A stretch of 64,000 nucleotides of DNA from NCBI GenBank assembly GCA_964016885.1, contig OZ024741.1:41478001-41542000 (forward strand). The letters are read 5' to 3'. This stretch comes from Eledone cirrhosa. Lineage: Eukaryota. Numbering within the stretch: position 1 is the stretch's first letter; every line of letters begins with the position of its first letter. A model generated the notes under the pieces. It saw nothing but the letters and a program-made list of their open reading frames with translations, was not told the origin of the DNA and made no database searches. Both the position numbers and the translations under genes were made by a program. This document shows positions 40,218 through 53,832 of the stretch, in pieces.

Positions 40218-41349
40218 ATATATACATAAACATATATTTTATTTTGTTTACTATTATTCTGTCGTTTTTTATTGTTGTGTTTTGCTGCTGCTGCTGCTGT
40301 TGTTGTGTTTTTCTTAAATCCCATTCCAAAACATAACTCTCTACTCAGATTTACTAGAAATAACAGATGGAAGTTAATATTACTATGCATATAACAAGTA
40401 ATGAAATCTGAGTGAACAAGAAAAAACCCGATCAATTGATAACACTATTTTATATGATTTGATTCTTGTAATCTTGTTTGTTGTTGTTATTGTTATTAAT
40501 CTTATAGTAGTAGTTTTCACCACATTCTATTTCTCTCTATGTCTATCCCACAAAACTCTCTTTTAATCCCCCTCTCTGTATCTACTAAAGCCAAACTCTA
40601 CCCCTCTCTAATTTGCTACTTTTATTGTTTTGGTTTTAGTTTGGTAAGAAGGCATCTGCCAATAAGCCATAACTATCTACAACAGTCATTCAAACTTTTT
40701 CAAAATTGATTTGTTGTTCAAGATAGACCAGCATATGTTTTCTCGTTTTATTTATATCATTTTATATACACACACACATAAATGATATAAATAATAAATA
40801 AAATGAGAAAATATATGCTGGTCTATATATATATATATATATACATAAAATGATATAAATAATAAATAAAACGAGAAAACATATGCTGGTCTATATATAT
40901 ATTTTCTTCTTACATTACATCGATGATGCCGCTGAGTGGATATGGGGTGGGTGGTTGGCTTATATGGGTGGATTGGATGGAGTTTTAGGCAATTAATAAT
41001 AACAGTGACAATGATTTTAAAACTAAATTATAAAAGAGAAAACAGATACTGAACTAAGTTTCCAACAAGATCAATTTCTCAACTTAAGATAATAATTATT
41101 CCTAACATAGATACAAGGCCAGCAAATTTAGGGAGGAAAAAGTTGATTAAATTGACACCAGTGCTTTACTGGTTATTTTTTTTTCGTTTCCAGTAGGACG
41201 AAAGCAAAGTTGACCTTGGCATGATTTGTACTTAGAATGTAAAGAGCCATAACTAAATGCTATAATACATTCTGTCTGATGTTCTAATCTTCTGCCAATT
41301 CACTGTCAACAACCAAAGATAATATCCATTTCTAATTTAAGTACTTCTT

Positions 41350-41800
41350 CTTCACCCACTTATTCCCCAGAGGATCATTGGAGCAGAGTTCTCAAACACT
41401 TCCTGTCAGAAGCAACCATCTCCAATTGATCTGGCTGGATCCTCAAGTGAGACCAGCTAAGCTCATGGATGTTATCCAACCATGTTTGATTTTGCCTGTA
41501 AAATCTGTCCAGCAATTCTTTCCTAAGACATTCTAACCCCATGCCCATAATATAGGAGTGGCTCTACCTGGAGTGACTCTCTGACCTCAGAGCTGGCACT
41601 CTATCGAATAATGTTACTCTGAAGACTCTTCCGAGGAACCCTAGTTCGGCTGCTTGTATTCGCAATCGTATTCTTCAGTCATTACCCTAGAATCATGACC
41701 ATTGGTAAGGGTTGGCACGAATACTGAATTGGAAATAGTGAGTTTGGCTTTTACACCTACCTCCTTGCTTCTGATTATTGAATGTTGTAACTGGTGCATT
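41350..41800 (-). mobile_element. Decayed RTE (Rex3/Expander-like) LINE fragment flanked by family 1 SINEs (~41100-41305, ~41815-42025)
   Basis: Homologous to 5890-6375. Confidence 0.75.
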
Positions 41801-42619
41801 ATTACACCATGATGTAATTTAGGTACAAGACCAGCAAATTAAGTGTATGAGAAAGTTGATTAAATTGACTCAAGTTCTTGACTAGTACTCAATTTTCTCA
41901 GCCCCAAGAGAATGAAAGGCAGAGTTGATATTGGCAGGATTTGAACTCAAGACATAAAGAGCCACCACTAAATTCTACAAATTATTTTCTCAGGTGCTCT
42001 AACAATTTCCCCAATGCACTGCCTTTGACCAAAGATAAATAGAATGCAATACCTTTAGCAAGATAGAAAAATCAGTACAAGAAAAATCAGGTTATGTGCA
42101 ACAGAGAAGAGTGTGCTGGTAAAGATATGAAATGCAGATGTATGAGGATTAAATACCACAAGTTTCAGGTGGAACGAAGGAGAAGGGTAAGGAAAACATG
42201 GACAGAACTGTTGGAAACAGAATTTACGAATTTGAACCTCATTAAATTTGTCGATCGACTTTCGTCAAATCGGCCCGAAGAAACAATGTTTCTGTTGGTC
42301 TTCCCAATTGCTAATACTATCTATCGGTCGCAACTCCAAGTAGAAGGAGTAACGTGAAATAAAGTGTCTTCCTCAAGGACATAATGCATCACCCGGTCCA
42401 GGAATCAAACTGATAACCTCACGATTCCAGAGCCAATTCTATAACCAATCAGCCACACGCCTTCACTCATTAAGGAGATGACAAAGCAAGGAAACAAGTA
42501 GAGAGATTCTGTATTGGAGAGGACTCAGATAACCTATGCAAGCATGAGAGAAACAATGTAAAGAGGGTGATTATGATGACGATTTACCAGCCACATTTAA
42601 AATGGTCAGCTATGTCACA

Positions 42620-42982
42620 ATAATGTTTTGGAAGCAATTTAAACGTGAGAGAAAGGCAGAGGTTGGGCAAGCTGAGAGAGAAACTGAGTTTAAGGGGAAT
42701 CCGATATGGTGTGCAGGAGAGGAGCCTGTGTTGGTATGGACATGTCATGCATATGGACAATGACTGATGGGTAAAGAAATGCCAGGAAATCCCAGTGAAA
42801 GGAAGCCGCAATAGAGGATAACCAAGAAAGACCTGGGGCAGAGGTTGTGAGAGCAGATCTCAAATCACTTTGACTGGAAGAGATGACAAAGGAACGCATC
42901 ATGTGGAGAGATGCAATGCTGAGAAGGACCCATCCAACCCATTCAAGCCTAGAAAAGCTGACATGATGAAGATGATGATGAA
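42620..42982 (+). mobile_element. Old RTE LINE 3' fragment
   Basis: Translation LREKLSLRGIRYGVQERSLCWYGHVMHMDND*WVKKC...PRKTW; (GAT) tail. Confidence 0.8.
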
Positions 42983-44674
42983 GAAGACATGCGGATGTTT
43001 CTGTGGAAATGATATGTCAGAGAATAGATTTTACAAAGCTGATATCAAGCTGTCATGTTATCTATATTCTCCATAACCTAGTGACTCATAGGCTATCATA
43101 TTATATCCTATTATATACTCAATTTCAACACACATGCTATATTCTTAATCTATTTGTTGCTCTATACTGAATCTTTTTGGCAGCAAGTTGTGTGTGTGTG
43201 TGTGCATGTGCATATACTGGGTTGAGACAGCATTCTATCATCCAATGCCCTTTCTGATGACAACTCTTATTTTTTTTATCTTTTCATTAAAGTACTTGTT
43301 TCACTGAAATCCCCACATGGAACAGCTGAGCTGCAGGACATATTGTTTATGAAGGACAAAAACAAATGTTACAAGCTGCCAAAGTGGTATCAGTATGACA
43401 ACACACACACACACACACACACACACACTACCAGAAAGGGCTGAAAAGCTTTGCCTGAAAAAAGACTAAATGCAGATTATAAAGCCTATCATGACACCTG
43501 CAAAGCTATAGCCCCTACATTAGCAAGGACAATTACTTAGACTGTAAAAGATTTCCTCCCAATAATACCATGCTGAGTATGAGGCCTGTATGTTGAATCC
43601 CTGATATAGCATGGGAAATGGCCTTAAAGTGCTTCTTGTTATATTTTATAACACTATGAGTCACAAAAAACTTCATCCTGAAAGAAAGATCTCATGGGAG
43701 AAAGTTTAAGTATTAATGTACTAGTAGACTACAGTTTATTATGTATGGAAACTGAATATTAATTTATTTAAAAACCAATTTCAGATGGGTACCAAACTCC
43801 CCTCTTTCTACACTCTAAGAATATTTGTTTTGCAGTGTTTATATTTCTCTAAAACCTTTGACCATGATATTATGTAAGAACTTTTATGTTCCAAACAATA
43901 ATCTGATAATAAGGAATTCCTGATTATTTAAAAATTTAATTGAAAATCATATGTGCTGCCTTACATCAGGAATATGGTAATGAAAAGGTTAAACTTTATG
44001 GATTGTATATAAGCTGTTCTAAGATCTCTTTGCAAAATAAAATAAAACAAATATGAATATTTAAAACACAGCATGCTATATAATGAGGGAAAACTGATTC
44101 TAAAAATGGAATAAAGGAATTAATATTATAGAAAAATGTTCATATTTGAAGCCTTCCAACATGAGATTTTCACTCATAGCAACATATCATATTTTACAGT
44201 ATAGGAATCTGAGCAATTTCAAAACATTTTACAATTAAAGCCTAAATATGTTTTTTTCTTTAAATTCCTATTAGTAGCATAGAAGATGAAAATGTCAATG
44301 AAAAGAAAAACAAGAGAAAGCAGGAAATAAAAGGTCAAAAGAAAAAAGAAAAGAAATGTAAAAATAAATAATTTAACATCTTGTCTTTTTCATCTCTTAA
44401 TTTAAACAGTTGCATTCTCTCATTTATCAATCAAATATTTTCAGTAATCATGCAAAGTGTTTTCCACAAAAGCTATTAGGAATTAAATAAATTTTACTGG
44501 AGATGGAAAAACGAAAAATTGCAGGTGTGTAAGGATATAGGAGATGGGGAGGGGCTGTAAAATAAACATCATAAATGAATAAATAAAATAAATAAATAAA
44601 TATATTCAGGAATATTTTCTGAATTCTAAATTTTAAGAATTAACCACCAAATGAAGTAGTGAGATAAGATTTAA

Positions 44675-45112
44675 CCCTTCAGTATATACATTACTCTATA
44701 TTTACTTTTATATTTTCATGGTAAAGTTTTATCTCACATAATATCGTGGTGTCTATGAGATTTTGAATTATTTATTTTGAGAACAATAACTTAACATCAA
44801 TATGAGTGGCCAGTTACAGCCGGTTTGAACAGAAAGAAGCGAGAAAATTCTGGCCGGATACAGCCGGTTTATATGAAACCGAATGGCCTGAAAATGTCTC
44901 TGATACATGGTTATACGTGTTAAAGTATTTGAATTTAAATGTAAACTTTCCATCATAATTTTATGCAAGAAAATGTTGTTACATTATGCAACAAACACCG
45001 GCTTAATAATGAGTTAAGTTATATTATTAAATCCCTCAAAATTATTGACTACTTTCAAAATTAATTGAAAACATAAGCAGTATCTTTTATTAAAAATATG
45101 GTAAGGAAAGGG
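44675..45112. mobile_element. piggyBac-like MITE
   Basis: TTAA|CCCTT ... AAGGG|TTAA boundaries; right end matches the repeats at 3300-3960, ~33750-33900 and ~43880-43992. Confidence 0.65.
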
Positions 45113-46004
45113 TTAAATGAGGTGTGGTGGTGGAGGGGTATACCATCTCCCTATAACTACCAACATTATTCTTTTATTCTTCTACCGGTTTCATTCATTA
45201 GATTGGCCCTGCTGGGGCCCTGCCTTACAGAGATTTAGTTAATCATATCGACCCCAGAACTTATTTTTTTAAACTGGAACATATTTAATTAATGTCTTTT
45301 TATCAAACATGTTAAGTTATATGACATAAACACAAACATATATAGAAACACAGGCACACACACACAAACACGCTTCTGCAGTTTCTCATACAGAGCATTG
45401 ATTTTAACACAGGCTACAGTAGAAGAAAGTTGCCCAATTTGCAATGCAGTGGGTGTGAATCCAAAACCACAGGATTGCAAAGTGAACTTCTTAACCATAC
45501 AGCTGAATGTTTTCATTATTGAAAAATCATTTGTTTACCAAAAATCTGGGGCCCTCGCTGTCATTGCAATCTATTTCCTTCTTGAACTGCTTCCAACAAC
45601 AACATCTTAATAATGCTTCCATTATTTTCCCTTTTGTCAAACTTTATGAAAGTCAACCAAAAAGATAAGCCCAAGCCATTTTAATTGTCTTCCTATCTTA
45701 AACCTCATTTTGTTTATCAGAAGAGGAAGTAGAAAAAGTTTTAGATAAAAAGTTCTAAAATGTTAAAATAACCAAACAAAAAACAAACATAAAAACCCCC
45801 AGAAATTATTTTATTTTGTTTTGTTTTGATTTTCATTTCCTGTTTTTTTGTTTTCTTTGTTGTTTAATGAAATTACAGTATGCCTTAATTGGTATAGCAC
45901 AGTAAGTGATTACCTGGTGAAACTAGGGATGTTGAAAGGAAAAAACAAGAGTGGTGAGGGTGGGATGCATAATTGACACAAACACTCATGTTTACATATA
46001 GACA

Positions 46005-46705
46005 CAGGAGAGAGAGGGGGAGAGAGACTGAGAGGGAGAGAGAGAGTGTGTGAGAGGGAGAGAGAGAGTGTGTGAGAGAGAATGAGAGAGAGTGTGAGAG
46101 AGAATGAGAGAGAGTGAGAGAGAGAGAATGCGAGTGACAGAGAGAATGAGAGAGTGACAGAGGGAGAATGAGAGAGTGATGGAGAATGAGAGTGTGACAA
46201 AGGGAGAATGAGAGAGTGACAAAGGGAGAATGAGAGAGTGACAAAGGGAGAATGAGAGTGACAGAGAGAGAGAGAGTGACAGAGAGAATGAGAGTGACAG
46301 AGAGAGAGTATGAGAGCGACAGAGAGAGAGAATGAGAGTGACAGAGAGAGAGAGGATGAGAGTGACAGAGAGAGAGAGAGGATGAGAGTGACAGAGAGAG
46401 AGAGGATGAGAGTGACAGAGAGAGAATGAGAGAGTGATACAGAGAGAGAAAGAGAGAGTGACAGACAGAGAAAGAGAGAGTGACAGAGAGAGAAAGAGAG
46501 AGTGACAAAGAGAGAAAGGGAGAGTGACAAAGAGAGAAAGGGAGAGTGACAGAGAGAGAAAGGGAGGGTGACAGAGAGAGAAAGGAAGAGTGACAAAGAG
46601 AGAAAGGGAGAGTGACAGAGAGAGAAAGGGAGTGACAGAGAGAGAAAGACAGTGACAGAGAGAGATTGAGAGAGTGACAGAGAGAAAGTGAGAAAGAGAG
46701 AGATG
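46005..46705. repeat. GA-rich (GAGAGTGACA-type) minisatellite
   Basis: Directly visible; explains the poly-S/L/H ORFs. Confidence 0.93.
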
Positions 46706-46764
46706 CACTTAAGCACAGGCACATACATACACAATCATTAATATTATATATATATATATATATA

Positions 46765-49746
46765 TAGGAACAAGTATGACCCCGACGGCAGAGCTCAAGC
46801 CGTTTCGAGGACTAATTCTGGACTAAATAAGAATTTTCAGCCTGGTAAATAAATAGCCGAAATTCTCAGGGGGTAATTCCTTATATGGGGAGGATAGTAA
46901 TTGTCAAAAGGATTGGTCAAAAATTTGTTGTAAAGACAGATGATTCTATCATGGCATTTGGTGGGAAGTAGGGGTAGCTGAACTTGCCGGTAGAACAAAG
47001 AGGGAGTGGGGGAAACCCAGTCAAGCGTTGAAAGTGAAATCTTTACAGCAGATTCTAAGGATAGTGTATAGAAGGTCGAGAAGAGTGTACTGGAGAAGGA
47101 GAGGGAGGAGTTGAAAGAATAGGTAAATCAAAAGGGAGTAAACAAAAACCATTATAAAAATGAGGAAATAAATATATAAAACACAATTTCTGGTTACTAC
47201 TCCATTTCTACAATCAACAAATCTCTCATTGGTATTGCTAAGCTATAGAAAAGTTTAATAGGTGGAGAAAAATACTAAATACGAGATTGTAGTGAAAGAA
47301 TTTTATAAAGCCGGCTTTACAGGGGTCTAACACCACTGCTATAATTAGTAGTAATCAGCCAATGCTATCTTACAATGACAGGTTAATAAGTTGAGAACAA
47401 AGATACTAAAATACTACTACAAAAATACTAATACGAAATATTAATTCAGAATACTAATACAAGAATACTAATACAAAAATGCCACTAAGAAATTTAGAAA
47501 TCACGGAAATGGAGCAGCAACCAGAAAGAAAACAATTTACTGGGTCTAACACATCTGCTATAAAAAGCGTAATCGGCCAATTCTATCTTAAAATTAGGGG
47601 GATGGGGGTACTGAGGCTACAGAGGACCGATGGGCTGCATCGGGGTGGGCGAAAAGGTGAAAAAAAAAGACAAGGAAGGAGATATGGGGTGGAAGGACTT
47701 GGAAGAGAGGTAGGGGGGAGAAGGAAATATAGAGGAAAGGATAAAAAAGTTACGTCTACCTTTGTAAGCAGGGGTTACCCCTTACAAAATCGGCAAGTGG
47801 GGTGTTTCAGCCCTTGTCTAACCCCCCCCCCCCCGGTCATTATGGGGTTTGAGGGCGAGGGAAGTCCTATGCAATCTGTGTTTGCATGCAGGTGTCCGTC
47901 CTCACGTTGCACTGGTAGATCACATTACGATCTCGGCATCTGTTGTTGGGGGGGCAAAGGGATCTATCAGGACAGTTACACCTCCTGGTCGGCTCTCCAC
48001 TGATGTCTAGGTTGTTTCTTCCATAGGGGTTGGGTTTTTTGTTGTTAGAAGAGAATGTTTTGTGCGAAGTTAGGTGTGGTGCTATAGGAGAGTTTGGTGT
48101 TTTTGTTGATTATGTTGTGGTAGCGGTGTTGTAGTGGGAAGTGTTTTTCGATGAGCCTAAAGAAGATTTTCCCGATAGGTGTTGTCACCTCGGCATTGTG
48201 GGGGAGGATTGAACCACGTTACGGCGGTGTCGCCTGCTGGTTCCTCTAATGGAAGCTGGATAATAGGATATTTCCTCCCGGAAGCCACTCCGCTTGAGGG
48301 CATGGTTGTAATAAGGCGCATGTTCGTCGAATATCTGCTCATTAGCGGACAAACGAGATATGCGGAGGGAGATGTTTTTAACCAGGTTATTGGTGATGTT
48401 TCTAGGATGGTTTGACCGACGGTGGGTGTAATGCAGGTTGTCGTTTGGTTTCCTGTATGGGTAGTACAGATCATTATCGAGGTTAAGGGTAACATCTAGG
48501 AAGTTTACTCGGGTTAGGGACGTTTGTAGGGTTATTTTAAATCCCCAATCGCAGAAGAAGCTGATTAATTGTTTACGGACACGGTCTGTACTACTGGAGT
48601 TGTACCCTTTGAGGGTAAGGAGCCCATCATCACGGTACAATCCACCGCCGAATGCAGGAAACATTTCGGTGAGTTTAAATAGTAGGGATAATCCTATAAG
48701 ATCTGTGACCTCAGCCGAATCCGTCGCGCCCATACTGACGTCGAAGGGGGAGTCAGGAGCTCTCTTTATCCATTTGGAGTTGTCGAAAGGTAGGACTGTC
48801 TTCCTGGTGTGGAGGATGATAATTCTTTCCTGGTCGGTGATGGGCGTGAGTGTTTCGGCAAAGTCCAAGGCGGTCGTAAGGAGCGGTAAGGTAATTGATG
48901 CATAGTAACTCTCTATGTCAAACTGGATGAATTTAATGTCTCGTTTGTCTTCCATATTGCTGAACCATGAGATTACTTCCTGGGTGTTGACCCATAGGCT
49001 AAGTCTCGCGTTTTGCTTAACTTTTGGTATAACGCGGTCTAGGAATATTTTACTGATTCTCCCTATGTCGGACTTCGTTGGGTTTATAAGCCTGAAGGAT
49101 GCTTTACGGTCGAAGTCGGATTTGTGGTCCTACAGTGTGAAGTAGGGAGTCCGTGGGTCTAGGGGTTCAGTGAGGTTGGCGACCCCGAGGCTGGAGGTAA
49201 TTTGTTGTCCATCTCGATTTATGTCCTCGATACTTTAATGGTTAACCTTTTTATAGGTGGAGTTTAGGCTGCTCCTGATCAGTGTGTGGTATCTGTCGGG
49301 GTTGACAAAGTAGAGATTTCCAGTTTTGTCCGAGTGCACCATGATGTCGTTGGTGTTTTCCTACTCTGTTAATTTGCTACGGAGTTTTTGTAGGAATCTG
49401 TTGTGTTTGGGTTTGAATTTAATGCTCTTGACCAGTTGGAAAAGGTCATTCTCGAAGGGTGAGAGCATAGGGTCCGGAGGGGGAGATTTGTAGGTATTAA
49501 ATCCGAATCTCTCCTTGTCGCAATATCTGTCGTAGAAAAAAGTTCTCCATCTTAGTTTTTTCGCAAAGAGGTCGATGTTTTGCGTGAGCATCCAAAGGTA
49601 AAGTTTTCTCGGTGGAACTGGGAAGTTCTTGGTGGAGAAATCGATGTTGTGTTTTCGCATGGTGCGGGTGAAAGAACTTGAGCTTAGCGGAAAAGTCTGG
49701 ATACGGCGTGGTAGAGTCGGAAAGTACTCTACTATGGAAATAGGAG

Positions 49747-49748
<2 letters not shown>
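46765..49748 (-). mobile_element. Decayed Penelope-like retroelement (Naiad-like architecture) between (TA)n tracts
   Basis: Broken ORF: N-terminus (STKNFPVP...LRWRTFF), RT (FDIESYYASI, MGATDSAEVTDLIG, YRDDGL, NFLDVTL, YRKPND..Y.H..SNHP), WFNPP...KHFP...LSYS linker, CNC..CP...C, and a VIY...(Y>C)IG start of GIY-YIG; pLTR-like end homologous to 53890-54250. Confidence 0.85.
47860..49661 (-). pseudogene. Penelope-like RT-endonuclease ORF, disrupted by stops and frameshifts
   Basis: ORF pieces 49361..49661, 48185..48955 and a frame-shifted continuation to ~47860; the endonuclease is not recognisable after the YIG-equivalent motif. Confidence 0.8.
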
Positions 49749-49808
<60 letters not shown>

Positions 49809-50176
49809 TTACATACATGTACATACATACTCACACATACACAGACAGGAATATGTAAACACATGAAATAACATTTGTGTAAGACAATAAGAAACCTAAA
49901 TCGTTATTTACAAATACAATCACATAGATATACACATATATGTATGCACAAATGTATACACATTATATATGCAAACATAAACATATATATATATATAAAT
50001 AAAGTTAGTCCTTAATCAGTGATCTTCCAACCATCATTGGTATTTCATCGCTTTAAAGACCATATACCTCCGGTTGGTGCGAGCAACGGCTAAAGAAAGT
50101 CGTTGGGACACGTAAATAAGGGGAACGAGCGAGAGTGTAAACGAACAAAGATGGTAAAGCAACGAAAAGTGATATA

Positions 50177-50237
<61 letters not shown>

Positions 50238-50422
50238 CTTAAAACAATGAAATAAAAATCAAGTCATTAGAAATATACTTCACTGCTTTACGATCGTTTC
50301 TAGGTGATGATAATACATTGTAACTATACTTCGTTATCGATCTATGTAAGGTTAGTTACAAAATATCAGATAGTGAAATATTTACTTACATGCATATCAC
50401 CAGCTGTTGTCAAAAGTAATAA

Positions 50423-50480
<58 letters not shown>

Positions 50481-50485
<5 letters not shown>

Positions 50486-50770
50486 TAAAAAAACGAAAAA
50501 TCAGTGATGCATCTGGACTCAGTTTATTGCCCGTTACAATTGTTTCGCCGTGCATGTGTCCGAAGGAACCTGCAGCTGTAGAATCAGCCAGATCCATACA
50601 GTGATCATGTCTCGAACTACCTGCTGGCGAAACAATTGTAACACGCATTAAACTGAGTCCAGGTGCATCACTGATTTTTCGTTTTTTTTATACTATTCAC
50701 ACTCTGCTCTGTAAGAATATTGAGTGCTAATTTTGGCATACCGCTTATGGAAGCACAATAGCTACCATTA
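50481..50770. mobile_element. Fold-back insert with ~70-bp inverted arms next to (TA)n, probable PLE pLTR remnant or MITE
   Basis: Arms 50481-50549 and 50626-50695 are near-perfect reverse complements, each containing CGAAACAATTGTA. Confidence 0.6.
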
Positions 50771-50774
50771 TACA

Positions 50775-53700
50775 CACCCATCGGTCATCCTCCATGCGCA
50801 TCACATGTCCATACCACCTCAGTCTCCTCTCCCGTACACTACATTCTATCTCTCCCAGACACAGTTTCTCTCGCAACACATTTATGCTGGGTCGTTCACG
50901 CACATTTACACTACACATGCAACGGAGCATGCTTGCCTCATTTCTCTCCAGCCGTCGCATATCCTCTGCAGTTGCTGCCCATGTCTCACTACCATGCAGC
51001 ATCGCGCTCCTCACATAGGCATCATACAACTGGCCTTTCGTATGCAGGGAGAAACCCTTCTTCGTCAACAGAGGAAGCAGCTCCCTAAACTTCTTCCAAC
51101 CCGTCCTTATTCTAGATACTATGGCCTCGGAACACCCTCCTCCATGCTAATCTGATCTCCTAGGTACCGGAAGCTATCCACCACTTCCATAGCGCCCTCT
51201 TGCATTTTTAAAAATGTGTCTATCAATGCGACTTCTACTGTCTAATTTCCCTGTACATCTACTGCATACATATTTCTCCCTACCTGTTAGTTTGCCTGCT
51301 ATCCCGCTACATCTCTTGTGTACCCAGGATCTGCATTGTGTGCATTTTATAGAATTTATGCCAGTTCCTTTTCTGCATATCGAACATGGCCATTTCCCTG
51401 ACGAAATCAGGGTTTTGTCCTCTTTTCTACTCATCAACATTTTTGTCTTAGCTAGGTTCACTCTCAGTCCTCTTGCTTCCAACTGATGTTTCCATAGCCA
51501 GAATTTATTCTCTAGCTCCTCTGCTGATTCTACTATAAGAACCAGATCGTCAGCATAGAGAAGTTCCCATGGACAGCCAGTCTTAAACTCCTCTGTTATG
51601 GCTTGGAGGACTATAATGAACAAGAGCGGGCTGAGGACCGAACCCTAATGTACTCCTACTTGTATCTGGAATTCCTCACTAAACTCCATTCCTACCCTGA
51701 CTTTACTGAGAGTACCTCTGTACAAAGTCTGCACTGTCCTCACAAGCCATTCCTCAACACCTAGCTTCCTTAGGGACCACCAGATGACAGATCGGGGTAC
51801 CCTATCAAAGGCCTTCTTTAGGTCAACAAAAGCTAAGTATAGTGGCTTATTCTTCTCTAAGAACCTCTCTTGCAATTGTCTCAACAAGAAGAGGGCATCT
51901 GTTGTACTCTTCCCAGGCACAAAACCAAACTGCATCTCATCTAGTTTGACCCTTTCTCTAATTAGTTGTGCTAATATCCTTTCTGTCACTTTCATAACCT
52001 GATCTATCAGTTTTATACCCCTATAATTGCTCCTCTCCAGAGCATCCCCTTTACCTTTGTAGCAATTTATGAGAATACTACTGCACCAGTCTTTGGGTAT
52101 GACACCACCATATATAGTCTGATTGATGATGCGTGCAACCAGTTTAGTGCCTACGTCCCATGATGCCTTCAGCATCTCAGCAACTATTCCCAATGGTCCG
52201 GCAGCCTTACCATTTTTCATTTCCCTAATCGTCTCTTGGACCCTATATTCGTCAATCTCAATAGCTGGTCCCTCTGTCGGATCTACCAAGGGTAATTTCT
52301 CTCTCTCCCATTCGTTCTCCACATTCATCAGTCTCTCATAATGACATTGCCAGGCCTCCTTTTTCTGATCATTCGTGACACTAAGTACACCGGCATCATC
52401 CCGGACACGTTTATCTCCAACAACATCCTGATTTGCATTGACACACTGCCTTGCAATGTGGAACACCGCACGCCTCTGATCTTCCCGTCGCAGAACATTG
52501 GCAAACCTCCTACTCTCCGTCTCCCTGTGTGCTAAGTACACCTGACGTCTAGCTTCTCTCTTAGTGGCTGTATATTCTTCCCTACTCCCACCCTTTTTCC
52601 AAGCCTTCCATGCTAGTCTTTTGTCTCTAATGGCCTTATCTACTGTGCTGTTCCACCACCAGGTCACTCTCTGTCTGGTTGGAGCTCTGCTCCAGCCACA
52701 AGTTTCATCAGTAGCCTGCAGCAAGTTGTCACGTAAGAAATTCCAGTTATTATCTATGTCATACGTCTCTAAATCGTCTTCTTTTTCGTCATATACATCT
52801 TGGAGGGCTTTCCTAAATTTGTATTTTAGTGAAAGGTCTTTTAGCTTCCAGACCTTAATTCTCCACACCTTTCTATATGTCTCATTCCATCTCTTGCTTA
52901 CTGAGATATCACTAACAACTAACCTATGCTGTGGGGTACATTCTTCCCCAGGGTATGCCTTGGTATTAGACACTATCTGCCTGTCCCGCTGCCTAACTAG
53001 TAAGAAGTCAATCTGGCTTATGTGCTCACCAGATTTGTAGGTTATTAGGTGATTGGCAGGTTTCTGGAAGTTAGTGTTGCAAATAGTCAACGTACCTGCA
53101 TCACAAAATTCAAGAAGTCTCACTCCTTCTTCATTTCTTGAACCATAACCTTGCCCACCATGTACCCCAGTGAAACCATCCTGGAGCTGTCCAACATGAC
53201 CATTGAAGTCTCCTGCTAGCATAACGATGTCTCCATCCTCTGTCATTGCAGTTGTTTGTAAAAGTTTCTCGTAAAAGCAGTCTTTCTCATCTTTGCCTAG
53301 GCCTGCTTGGGGAGCATAGGCCGAGATGATTGTCAGTAGTCTCCTGCCTACAACTAATCTAAGCTTAATTATTCGATTACTAACTCGAACTACCTCTATT
53401 GTCTTATTGATCCATTTCTCAGCCAGGAAAATGCCTACTCCCCCTAACCCATCATCCTTACCTACCCAGAATAGCTTATAGCTAAGACGTTTGCCTACGA
53501 CTAGTCTCGCAGAGGCACCTCTCCATCTCACCTCTTGAACGCAGCACACATCCACCTGCCTTCTCTCCAGCATCTCTGCTATTTCAGCAGATCTACCTCT
53601 GAGAGTGCCAACATTAAGTATTGCAACTCTGAGATGCGATGTCTTCATATTTTGTTGATGTTCCTATTTGTTGCTGTGCTGATAAGCGTTTTGGCATTGA

Positions 53701-53832
53701 TACACTGGTTGGATGCCCTTCCTAACACCAGCGCCACTTTACAGCATGGACTGGGTGCTTTTATTTGTGCCACCAGCACTAGAGAGGATATCTTACTAGA
53801 CTCAAGGGCCCTCTCTACGCCTCCATTTTACA

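Noticed and set aside
45885-46734. 238-279 aa Ser/Leu/His ORFs
   Set aside because: Translation of a GA-rich minisatellite
47479-48003. 174-aa plus-strand ORF
   Set aside because: Antisense to the Penelope-like element's 3' part; no independent coding signal
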